From NCBI RefSeq assembly GCF_004365815.1, contig NZ_SODD01000019.1:1-32000 (forward strand): 32,000 nucleotides of DNA, in the 5' to 3' direction. Of the stretch, positions 15,939-24,400 are shown piece after piece. The notes beneath the pieces are model-generated. The model saw only the letters and a list, made by a program, of their open reading frames with translations. It ran no database searches and was not told the origin of the DNA. The stretch is from Breznakia blatticola. GTDB taxonomy: Bacteria; Bacillota_I; Bacilli_A; Erysipelotrichales; Erysipelotrichaceae. The position numbers and the translations under genes are program-made. The first letter of the stretch is position 1. Each line of letters begins with the position of its first letter.

Positions 15939-15976
15939 AAATAAAGACCGAGTGTACAACTTGTTTTCACCCGGCC
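15939..15976 (-). terminator. Intrinsic terminator of the GH31 giant gene
   Basis: Minus-strand RNA GGCCGGGUG-(13 nt)-CACUCGGUC (9 bp including two G-U pairs) followed by UUUAUUU. Confidence 0.6.
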
Positions 15977-16018
15977 TTTTGTTTGTGCTTATCTAAACAA
16001 TAAGTCACAGGAGATTAA

Positions 16019-19000
16019 TTATTCGGATTCTTTTATTTCGTGGTTTTTATACTTTTTACGTCCTAAGACACCTAGTCCCATAAGTGCAAGAGCAAGAAGT
16101 CCATATAGACTTGTTACATCTGTCGTATCACCTGAGTTTACACTTCCATCAGGTGCCACACTTGGGTTACCAATCACACCATTTCCATTATCACCAGGTT
16201 TTGGTGTATTTACATCATCGCCTCCAGGCGTTGTAGTAATTGGCGTTAATGCATCAACTGCATTTTGTAGTCCAGCCAAAGCTGTATCCACAACATCTTG
16301 ACTTACTTCAGGATCACTAATTACATTTGCAGCATGTGCTAATGCATTTTTCACACCCATTACTGAACTTGCAGTGTAACCATCAAGGTTCATTGCTTCT
16401 ACTTTTTCTTTTAATGCACGTAAAGCAGCAGTATCAGCTTTTAATCTTGCTTTCATACGTACGCTCATTAATGCTTTAGTAGCATCATCAAGTTCTTGTT
16501 GAGTTGTTGCACTTGCAAGAGCTGCTTTTGCAACATCAATTGCACCTGGTAAGTTTTTAATTGAACTAGGAACATAACGGTCACTAGCCGCTACGATTGT
16601 TTCACTTAGTGCAATTTCATTGATAAGTGCAGTTTTATTCAATACTGTTTCACGTTCAAGGTTAGCAATTGCATCATAAATTGCTTGTGTTGCATCTGCA
16701 ACTTCCGTAGTTGTTGCATCATCATTAGCTGCTACAATTTCACCAGCAGCAATTGCATCTTGTAATGCTTTGTAGCTATCTACAGTATATCCATCTGCTT
16801 CAACATCTTTAGCAGTATCAATAATTGTTTCTAAATCACTCTTATTTACGATTTCCCATAATTGTTCTACAGCTGCATTAATATCTTTCATTGCTTTTTC
16901 CATAGCAGCAACATCTTTGCTTTCAGCATCTAGCAACGCTTGACCTGCAGCAAGTGCATTTGTAAGTTGTGTAATCTTACCTGGACGGATATTTGTCGCA
17001 TTAGCTAGTTCTTCACCTGCTAATTCAACGACCATCGCCAATGTACTACGCATTGCATAAACATCAGATAATTCTCCTAATGCTAATTCTTCATTTACTA
17101 ATGCCAATAACATAGCAGTAGCTTCTGTTGAACTAATATCTGCATCACCTTTTGCAATCAATGCTTTTGCATCTACAAGTAATGCTTTCATAGCTGCAAA
17201 GTCACTTGTAGTGTATGATCCTTCTAGTGCTTCACATTTTGCAATTTTATCTTTTAAACTTGTAAGTGCTATGTTTGAAGCACGACGAGTTAAGGCAGTT
17301 TGTGCTGATTTTAAATCAGTAATCGCTGCTTTAATATCTTCTTTTGATGATGTGTCTGTAAGTGCATTCGCTACATCGTATGCAGCCATTAAATCACTCC
17401 AAGTACTTGATGTGTAGTCATCTTCATTTAATCCATCAACTTCTGCAAGTACATCTTGAAGTATTTCAAATGTTACACTCTTTTTACCAAACATTGTTAG
17501 TTCGGCAATCGAAGCATAACGGTTTGCTTGATCAGCTGAACTTCCTACTGATTCTAAAGCGATAAATTTTACATAACGAGCTTCTACTGTATCGAACTTA
17601 ATTTCTTTTGCTTTCGCGCGATCAACCAATTCTCCATTTTCTGTTTCGAAGTAACCTTCAACTACAGGATAGAAATCTAAATCATCAATTGTTAAATTAT
17701 CTCCTTCAGTAGTACTTACTTCAACACGGTAATGCGTTACACCACCATTTCTACTGTTTTGACGTGCTAACATATTAATTTGTTCTAAGTTATATGTATC
17801 ACCTAAATCCACAACGATGTATTGAGGTAATTTATAACTTGAACCATAGTTAGAATGCCAGAATGTAGTAATATCACCATCAAATGCTAAATCACCATGT
17901 TCTTTTTCAGCAGATGTAAAACTTGTTTCATAGAATAGTGTTGCATCTGATAAATCCATGATATTTGTACTTGTTGGTTGTTCTTCATTTGAACCTTTTA
18001 ATTTCAATAGTTTTGAAGCATTTGCAATTTGAATTGTAATCGTATTTACTTCAGCTTGTGTAGGATCTCCAGTTAATAATACTTTTGCTTGATCTACAAG
18101 TACTTTCACTGCATTATATGTGTCTGCAGTATATAGTTGTGGTGGTAATGCATCAAATGTATTAATTGCTTTTTGCAATTCTGTAGCATCAATACCTTTC
18201 ACTACATGTAATGTGTGTGTTGCACTAAAGTTTCCATCTTCACTTGTAGCTGTTAACGTAACAGTTCCTTCTTTTAGAGCTTCAAGTACGTATGCATAGT
18301 GATCTCCTAGTGTGACTTTGTTTACACGTACTGTTTCTATATCACTACTTGTAATTTCATATAATGGGTTTGAAGCATTATTTGGCAATACTACTGCTGA
18401 AATTTCTTCTAAGGCACCAACATTCATTTCACTAATTGCATCATCAGCAAATGCAATACCTGTAGCTTTTACTGTTGCATCACTAATAATTTCAATTTCG
18501 TGAATTGATAACATACGGTTTGTTTCAGTTCCTGTTTGTGTTCCTGTTGCACTTCCAGAACTTTCCATTGGCGTAATAACAATTCGATCAATCTTTTTCG
18601 CTTCTGCAGGAATACTAAATGTAATTTCTGTACTTTCTGGGTTTGTAATTGTTCCCAAGTCGTATGCAGTTGTTCCATTGTATGCTACAGCCTTGATTTT
18701 TTTAATTGAACCATTACTACTTTTTCTATTGTGTACAACGACTTTTGATACTGGTTCTGCCTTATTTAATGTGAATTCCATATCTGTTGGTAACATTACG
18801 TATGCTGGAATATCAGTCTCTGAATGATACCATTTGAACTCAGCTAATTCTCCAGTTTTATCACCATCAAATAAACGAGTTTTCCAATCAGATTGTTGCC
18901 ATAAATCAGCACCAGGAATGTCTGCACTTTCTGAATTAGAGAACTTAATTGATTTGATATCTGCTTCATTAAGTACATTAACTGTTTCTGGAACTTGTGG

Positions 19001-22000
19001 TGTTTGACTTTCATCAATTCTTGCATCAATTTCTGTTAAGTCTTGTCCAACAAGTTGTGCACGACTCATATCATGATTCCATGTGAAATCAGCAGTTGCA
19101 GTAAAACTAAATGTCGCAACTGTACCTGACCCATTTAACAATTGTTGTTGACCAACATTTGTAAATGCAATGTAGTTATCTACATTGTTATCACTGTGTT
19201 TTCTTAGTTTTGAGAAGTTTCGCATTGCAATTGTTGAAATACTTGGTTGTGCCGCTTGTGACACGTCCATTGTATTTGTATCAATTGGGAATTCAACGAA
19301 AATAGTATTTACATTTTTCAATCCAATTCCATATACATCAACATTTACAACATCACCTGCTTTAATATCCGTTTTTGAAGGAACTAACATCAATTTACCA
19401 TCGGCCCCAGTTTCAGCATTTTTAACTGGTGTTCCTAACAATCTAGCAACAAATGATAAATCATATCCATCAAGAATATCATTTCCATTAAGGTTTGCTA
19501 ATACGGATGTGTATTCCCAATCTGCATCTACTGAATTTAATCCAATGTAGTTTTCAAAGAACATTAGATCTCCATCTTCTAATTCGCCAGAGTTGTTAGC
19601 ATCTCCTACTACCCATGGTCCTGTCCCTTCTACTTTATAAGGCATTAGTTCAGAAGCAGAGAAGAATCCTCCAGTTGAAGAGATAATTCCAATTTTGAAG
19701 AAACGAATTTTTTTGTTGTTTAATGGAATTTCCTTAACATCTTCAACACTCATATCTGATTTGTTGTATGTCCATGCAGGGTTTGCATCTCCATCCCAAA
19801 CTTTTTCATATGTTACACCATCAACTGATGCATATAAATTCATTTTCTCTACTGCACCATTTCCTTTGTTATCCATACGAGGTTGGTATGTAAATTTATC
19901 CATTGTATATGCAGCACCCATATCGATAATCATTTGTTGATCTTCAGTAACTGCATTTGATGAGTGGAACATGGTTCCTTGATCAAAGTCGAAACCATTT
20001 TTCAACGCCCCGTGACTATCTCCATATTTCCAAGTTACATCTAAGTTACGAACAACATTGCGGTAACGGTCAACATTTGTACGAACGGTTACATAATCAC
20101 TCCATTCAGAGTATGTGTTATCAACTCTTGTACGAACACGGAAAGTGTATTCAGTATCATAGTCTAAATCTACCACTTCATATCTTGCTTGTGGATTATT
20201 TACATATACTCCATCGAAAATTTCAACATCGTATCCTGTTGCATTAACAACATCATCCCACACAGCAGTGAATGATAAATCTTCAATGTTTTCTCCGCGA
20301 ATGTTTGTAGGTATTGTTAATGTAGTATCCAATACATCTTTTACTAATCCTTGGTCATTTGCAAAACCATTTACTACAACTGTGTAGTCATAGTTATGAA
20401 TACTTACTTTATCTGTTGATTTTACATATAGCTTAGGAGCAGTAGTTTTATCTGTGTTTTCGTAAGTTGAACCAGCAGATGCAAATTCTTTTACAAAAAT
20501 ACTTGGGTTTTCATCATAGAAGTATACATTTCCTGTAGCAGCTTCATACTCTTCTTTTGAGTTAACACTAGTGAATGTTACATCTTTACCAGCAACATTT
20601 CCAGTTACACTTGATGGTGCTTTTGAAACGTTAACGATGTATTCGTTTGAACGTTTGTCTACCATACCTGTGTATGTACCATTTGTTTTTGCTGTTTTTA
20701 ATGTAGCAACATCACCAACTACACTACTTGTAATTTTTGTAGTTGTTCCAGCTCCACCTAAAGTGATTCCATCATCTTCATATACTTCAAATTCAGTATC
20801 TCCAGATGGATAGAATTCAGCACGACGGATTGAACGATCTAATCCATCTGTGTTTTCTGCACTTTTCGCAATTGGGTTATTGTTTTCAGCATACATCGGA
20901 ATAATTGCACCATTTCTTACGAAAACTGGTAATTTCCAAATCGGTGCATCAAAGTTATTAATGATGCGTCCACCTTCATATTGTTCACCTGTAAAGTAAT
21001 CAATCCATACATCGCTTGTTGATGGAAGATAAATATCGTTACGGATATCATTTCCAGCAGCATCACTTGCTGTATCTTGATAGATTGGTGCAATTACGAA
21101 GTTGTCACCCCACATGTATTGGTATTGTGTTTTGCTACTGTATGTATACGCATTTGGATCTTCAAGGAACATTGCACGAATCATTGGCAATCCTTGGTTC
21201 ACTGTAGCTTCATGTGACATTGTGTTGTTGTACGGCATCAACATTGCTTTTAATTTTAAGTATGAACGGTTAATTGATGTTCCATCTTCACCTAATGCAT
21301 AAGGTGATTTTTGGTTTGATCCCCAACCATCCATGTCTAGCATATACGTTGTAAATGCTTTCCATTGGAAGTCACGTGTCCAAACGGTTGTGTTTTTACC
21401 TCCAAAGATTCCATCCATGTCACTTCCGACATTTGGTTGTCCTGACAATGAAGTTCCAATGTATGTTGGAATATGGAAACGAATGTATTCCCATTTACCA
21501 CCATATTGGTCACCTGTCCAAATACCTGCATAACGTTGTGTTCCAGCCCATCCATCTAATGATACGATGTTTGCTTTTAATCCTGAGTTTTTTGTAATTG
21601 CATCATATGCAACACTTATTCCATTTAACGCCATTGAGTATCCATTACCAACCCATGCAACGTCAGTTTTTACAGCGACAACACCTGCATCAACTTCTTT
21701 ATAGATATCACGTTCGCCTTTTTGCGGCTTGCTTTGATCTTTTGGCCATAAGTTTGATTGTGTCCATAACCCAGTACGAACACCTTTAGCAAGTGCATTA
21801 CTTGCAAATGTTCCTAAGTTTTGAACATCGCCATCTAACGTTGCAGTTTGACCATATCCACAACCATATCCATCATTTGGTAAGAACCATCCTAATGGCA
21901 TATCGTTATCTTTGTGATCTCTAATTATTTGCTCTGCTGTTGTTTCCGCAGATCCATTTAGTGTTTCTTTAATACTTCCTGTTTTACTGTCTTCTTTGTA

Positions 22001-22966
22001 CCATTTGCTACCAAGTTTAACAGCACCAGCTGTACCTTGAGGAACTTCTGTCCAGTAGTCACGGTTGTAACAGTTTAAGTGTCCTAAATATGAAGCATAT
22101 TCTGGTAACTCCACAGGTGTTCCTGTTAAATCATAATACCCACTTAATAATTCTTGTGGTGTATCACCAACAAAATAATATGCATCATAACGTGTTTCGT
22201 CGTGTTTCGTTGTAACTACATTTTGTCCTTTAGAATCAAAATCATATGATCCTGGTTTCCATGTATTACGTACAACTCCATATCCTTTCGTAGACCAATA
22301 GAATGGGTTAGGACTCGCTACTCCTTTGTCCACCCAGTTGTTTGTGTTTTTTACTGCGATTACTTCACCCTTATGAGAGAAGCGACCATTTTGTGTCCCA
22401 CCACCATAGTAAAATTCATCAGCCGAAGTTTTTAGTGTTTGGTAAGTACTTCCTTTTTTGTAACGTAAAGGTTGTGCTTCTTCCCAAACAATCTCCCCAT
22501 TCGTCTTCGTTAATTTCATAATTGAAGTTTCTTTGTTGATCTCTAATACCAAAGCATCCGTTTTAATTTGGATTATTGTATCATTTTCAACAAGTGTTGG
22601 TTCTACATTATTTTTTGCGTAGAACTCGTCATCTGAAGCAACTGTGATTGTTGCTTTGTGATCAACTGAATTTGGTGTAGGATATTCCTTAAAATCCTCA
22701 CCATCAGGTGCCATATACAATCTGAATAGATCTTTATCCAAGAATGTGAATCTTATTTTCTCTCCCGATTGTAATACTAAATCTACTTTGTTTTTACTTT
22801 GTTTAGCTGTTTCTACACTTCCAATAAATGTGTATCCTTCCGTATCTGTCGCCGTTGCTTGAATCCCTTCTTTAGCAAGTACGTTCATCGGTAAAGATGC
22901 AAATCCACCTAATGTGATTGAGGCAGCTAATGAGACTAACTTTATTTTTTTTGTTATATTATTCAT
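16019..22966 (-). CDS. Giant secreted, anchored glycoside hydrolase family 31 protein with FN3, three F5/8 type C (CBM32-like) modules, dockerin-like and cohesin-like modules, Big_2, FIVAR, six-module helical stalk and C-terminal sorting signal
   Basis: 2315 aa. GH31 landmarks: VKTDVAW (nucleophile-type KTD, nt 21662-21670), GIWTGDQ (acid/base-type WxGD, about nt 21506-21526), GSDMDGIFGG, YEDDG. FN3 at about nt 20078-20335. Discoidin-type modules at about nt 19624-20060, 18500-19000 and 17484-17966 (FDGDITTFWHSNYG). Big_2 at about nt 18194-18475. Confidence 0.85.
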   Translation of the reverse strand: MNNITKKIKLVSLAASITLGGFASLPMNVLAKEGIQATATDTEGYTFIGSVETAKQSKNKVDLVLQSGEKIRFTFLDKDLFRLYMAPDGEDFKEYPTPNSVDHKATITVASDDEFYAKNNVEPTLVENDTIIQIKTDALVLEINKETSIMKLTKTNGEIVWEEAQPLRYKKGSTYQTLKTSADEFYYGGGTQNGRFSHKGEVIAVKNTNNWVDKGVASPNPFYWSTKGYGVVRNTWKPGSYDFDSKGQNVVTTKHDETRYDAYYFVGDTPQELLSGYYDLTGTPVELPEYASYLGHLNCYNRDYWTEVPQGTAGAVKLGSKWYKEDSKTGSIKETLNGSAETTAEQIIRDHKDNDMPLGWFLPNDGYGCGYGQTATLDGDVQNLGTFASNALAKGVRTGLWTQSNLWPKDQSKPQKGERDIYKEVDAGVVAVKTDVAWVGNGYSMALNGISVAYDAITKNSGLKANIVSLDGWAGTQRYAGIWTGDQYGGKWEYIRFHIPTYIGTSLSGQPNVGSDMDGIFGGKNTTVWTRDFQWKAFTTYMLDMDGWGSNQKSPYALGEDGTSINRSYLKLKAMLMPYNNTMSHEATVNQGLPMIRAMFLEDPNAYTYSSKTQYQYMWGDNFVIAPIYQDTASDAAGNDIRNDIYLPSTSDVWIDYFTGEQYEGGRIINNFDAPIWKLPVFVRNGAIIPMYAENNNPIAKSAENTDGLDRSIRRAEFYPSGDTEFEVYEDDGITLGGAGTTTKITSSVVGDVATLKTAKTNGTYTGMVDKRSNEYIVNVSKAPSSVTGNVAGKDVTFTSVNSKEEYEAATGNVYFYDENPSIFVKEFASAGSTYENTDKTTAPKLYVKSTDKVSIHNYDYTVVVNGFANDQGLVKDVLDTTLTIPTNIRGENIEDLSFTAVWDDVVNATGYDVEIFDGVYVNNPQARYEVVDLDYDTEYTFRVRTRVDNTYSEWSDYVTVRTNVDRYRNVVRNLDVTWKYGDSHGALKNGFDFDQGTMFHSSNAVTEDQQMIIDMGAAYTMDKFTYQPRMDNKGNGAVEKMNLYASVDGVTYEKVWDGDANPAWTYNKSDMSVEDVKEIPLNNKKIRFFKIGIISSTGGFFSASELMPYKVEGTGPWVVGDANNSGELEDGDLMFFENYIGLNSVDADWEYTSVLANLNGNDILDGYDLSFVARLLGTPVKNAETGADGKLMLVPSKTDIKAGDVVNVDVYGIGLKNVNTIFVEFPIDTNTMDVSQAAQPSISTIAMRNFSKLRKHSDNNVDNYIAFTNVGQQQLLNGSGTVATFSFTATADFTWNHDMSRAQLVGQDLTEIDARIDESQTPQVPETVNVLNEADIKSIKFSNSESADIPGADLWQQSDWKTRLFDGDKTGELAEFKWYHSETDIPAYVMLPTDMEFTLNKAEPVSKVVVHNRKSSNGSIKKIKAVAYNGTTAYDLGTITNPESTEITFSIPAEAKKIDRIVITPMESSGSATGTQTGTETNRMLSIHEIEIISDATVKATGIAFADDAISEMNVGALEEISAVVLPNNASNPLYEITSSDIETVRVNKVTLGDHYAYVLEALKEGTVTLTATSEDGNFSATHTLHVVKGIDATELQKAINTFDALPPQLYTADTYNAVKVLVDQAKVLLTGDPTQAEVNTITIQIANASKLLKLKGSNEEQPTSTNIMDLSDATLFYETSFTSAEKEHGDLAFDGDITTFWHSNYGSSYKLPQYIVVDLGDTYNLEQINMLARQNSRNGGVTHYRVEVSTTEGDNLTIDDLDFYPVVEGYFETENGELVDRAKAKEIKFDTVEARYVKFIALESVGSSADQANRYASIAELTMFGKKSVTFEILQDVLAEVDGLNEDDYTSSTWSDLMAAYDVANALTDTSSKEDIKAAITDLKSAQTALTRRASNIALTSLKDKIAKCEALEGSYTTSDFAAMKALLVDAKALIAKGDADISSTEATAMLLALVNEELALGELSDVYAMRSTLAMVVELAGEELANATNIRPGKITQLTNALAAGQALLDAESKDVAAMEKAMKDINAAVEQLWEIVNKSDLETIIDTAKDVEADGYTVDSYKALQDAIAAGEIVAANDDATTTEVADATQAIYDAIANLERETVLNKTALINEIALSETIVAASDRYVPSSIKNLPGAIDVAKAALASATTQQELDDATKALMSVRMKARLKADTAALRALKEKVEAMNLDGYTASSVMGVKNALAHAANVISDPEVSQDVVDTALAGLQNAVDALTPITTTPGGDDVNTPKPGDNGNGVIGNPSVAPDGSVNSGDTTDVTSLYGLLALALMGLGVLGRKKYKNHEIKESE
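16022..16141 (-). other. Non-LPXTG tripartite C-terminal sorting signal (protein B)
   Basis: VNSGDTTDVTSLYGLLALALMGLGVLGRKKYKNHEIKESE, preceded by a P/G-rich linker (TPGGDDVNTPKPGDNGNG). Confidence 0.6.
19024..19390 (-). other. Cohesin-like beta-sandwich module immediately after the dockerin-like module
   Basis: GKLMLVPSKTDIKAGDVVNVDVYGIGLKNVNTIFVEFPID...GSGTVATFSFTATADF resembles the cohesin start and end strands. The assignment is by pattern only. Confidence 0.4.
19409..19606 (-). other. Dockerin-like module (two EF-hand-type Ca-binding repeats) inside the GH31 protein
   Basis: Residues from aa 1121: GDANNSGELEDGDLMFFENYIGL ... ANLNGNDILDGYDLSFVARLLG. Both loops fit the D/N-x-N-x-D/N/S-G-x-(I/L)-x-x-x-D spacing, each followed by a helix. 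Confidence 0.55.
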
Positions 22967-23273
22967 TCTTTCCCTCTTCTCATATTATTCATATGAATAT
23001 CAAACGATTAACTAATAAATGTATACATAAAAACAATTGTACGTATTAAAACACACCACTCCCTTCATCAGATTTCATAGATAGCCTGTCTCAATTTTCT
23101 ACCTTTTTAATCTGAAAGCCCTTACACTACAATCACATTATTACACCTATTTTTTAGAAAAGATTTAGAATTTTTAACATGTACTTTATCTTTTTTGGTA
23201 TTATTTGATAGATATTTTATAAATATATTGATTCATTATTTTTTAATAGAAATATAATGATAATCAAATTATA

Positions 23274-23339
23274 GTAAAAAACAATCACGGAAAATTGCAT
23301 AAATCCAAAAATGGATTATAGCTACAAATCTGTGATTGT
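23274..23339 (-). terminator. Composite terminator after the lipoprotein pair
   Basis: Outer stem AACAATCAC / GTGATTGTT (9 bp) encloses an inner hairpin AATCCA-TTTT-TGGATT. A T-run follows on the minus strand. Confidence 0.45.
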
Positions 23340-23347
23340 TTTTATTG

Positions 23348-23830
23348 TTATTTACTATCTAAATCGCAAGAATACCCCTCCATAATAAGTGCATTTGTGA
23401 TCATTTCTATGTTCATATTTCCATCTTTGATCCATGCTTTATATTCTGGGTATTTTGAAACCATATCTTCTACATCTAAGGCTTCACCATCAATTTCTAA
23501 CTTGAAATATTCAGCATCTGTTTCATCACGAACAAGTGCTTCTAAGCCTTCAATTGAAGTTAATTCACTAGCTTTCATTCCTACATCTTTTCGAATGTTA
23601 ACACTGAATAGTTCATTATCGAGATTTGAATACGTTTCCTCAGCTTGTAAAGAAAGAACAATTTCTTTTTCTTTGTTGTATTCCATTGTGTAAATGCTTT
23701 TAAATTGAATATCATCAATACTTGTTTGCATCATACATACTGCAGTTGTATCCGCTTTTGTTGAACTATTACATGCAACACAGCCAAGTGCAAGTAGTCC
23801 TACACTGCATATTTGCATTATTTTTTTCAT
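23348..23830 (-). CDS. Hypothetical lipoprotein
   Basis: 160 aa. Signal peptide with LLALGCVAC lipobox region. No family recognised. ATGA overlap with the upstream gene. Confidence 0.65.
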   Translation of the reverse strand: MKKIMQICSVGLLALGCVACNSSTKADTTAVCMMQTSIDDIQFKSIYTMEYNKEKEIVLSLQAEETYSNLDNELFSVNIRKDVGMKASELTSIEGLEALVRDETDAEYFKLEIDGEALDVEDMVSKYPEYKAWIKDGNMNIEMITNALIMEGYSCDLDSK

Positions 23831-24279
23831 TTAATTACCCCACTCTCTTTTAGTAATGTCTTATAGGCATCCAATGTTGGTTCTTCTTTACTTGAATCAA
23901 GAGTTCCAACAATTTCACCTTTACTTACAACATAAATCGTTGGTGTTGTTTGAAAACCAGAGAAATGCTTTTCCATCAATTCTAAGTTTTCTGTTTCACT
24001 TCTTTCTTCCTTGTCAAGTGTTACATCATACAGTCTCAATCCAACTTCTGTTGTATATTCATCTGTTTGCGAGAAAAAACTCATACAAGAACCACAGTAC
24101 GTCTGTGAGAAGATCACTACAAAACTGTCCTCATCTTCGACCATTTGGTTTACTTCATTTAATGTAATACCTACAACTTCTCCTTTGTTTGGCTGTAATT
24201 CTATTGCAACATCTTCCGTTTTCTTTGCAGTACATGCAACTAATAATAGTGCAATAATCAGTAAATAGATTCTCTTCAT
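23827..24279 (-). CDS. Thioredoxin-fold lipoprotein (extracytoplasmic thiol-disulfide oxidoreductase-like)
   Basis: 150 aa. Lipobox LLVAC. CxxC motif YCGSC within FVVIFSQTYCGSCMSF, and a TPT(I) cis-Pro-type loop (TTPTIYVV). Confidence 0.65.
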   Translation of the reverse strand: MKRIYLLIIALLLVACTAKKTEDVAIELQPNKGEVVGITLNEVNQMVEDEDSFVVIFSQTYCGSCMSFFSQTDEYTTEVGLRLYDVTLDKEERSETENLELMEKHFSGFQTTPTIYVVSKGEIVGTLDSSKEEPTLDAYKTLLKESGVIK

Positions 24280-24346
24280 ACTTTAAGAGTAACATAAAAG
24301 TTGTCATTATCACTTGCACTAAATATTAAATTATTTACATTTTTCA

Positions 24347-24378
24347 ACAAAAAAAGCTCAAGCGAATTCGCCCAAGCT
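24347..24378 (-). terminator. Intrinsic terminator of proS
   Basis: Minus-strand RNA AGCUUGGGCG-AAUU-CGCUUGAGCU (10 bp including three G-U pairs) followed by U7. Confidence 0.65.
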
Positions 24379-24400
24379 AATTTTAATTATTCCTCAATAA

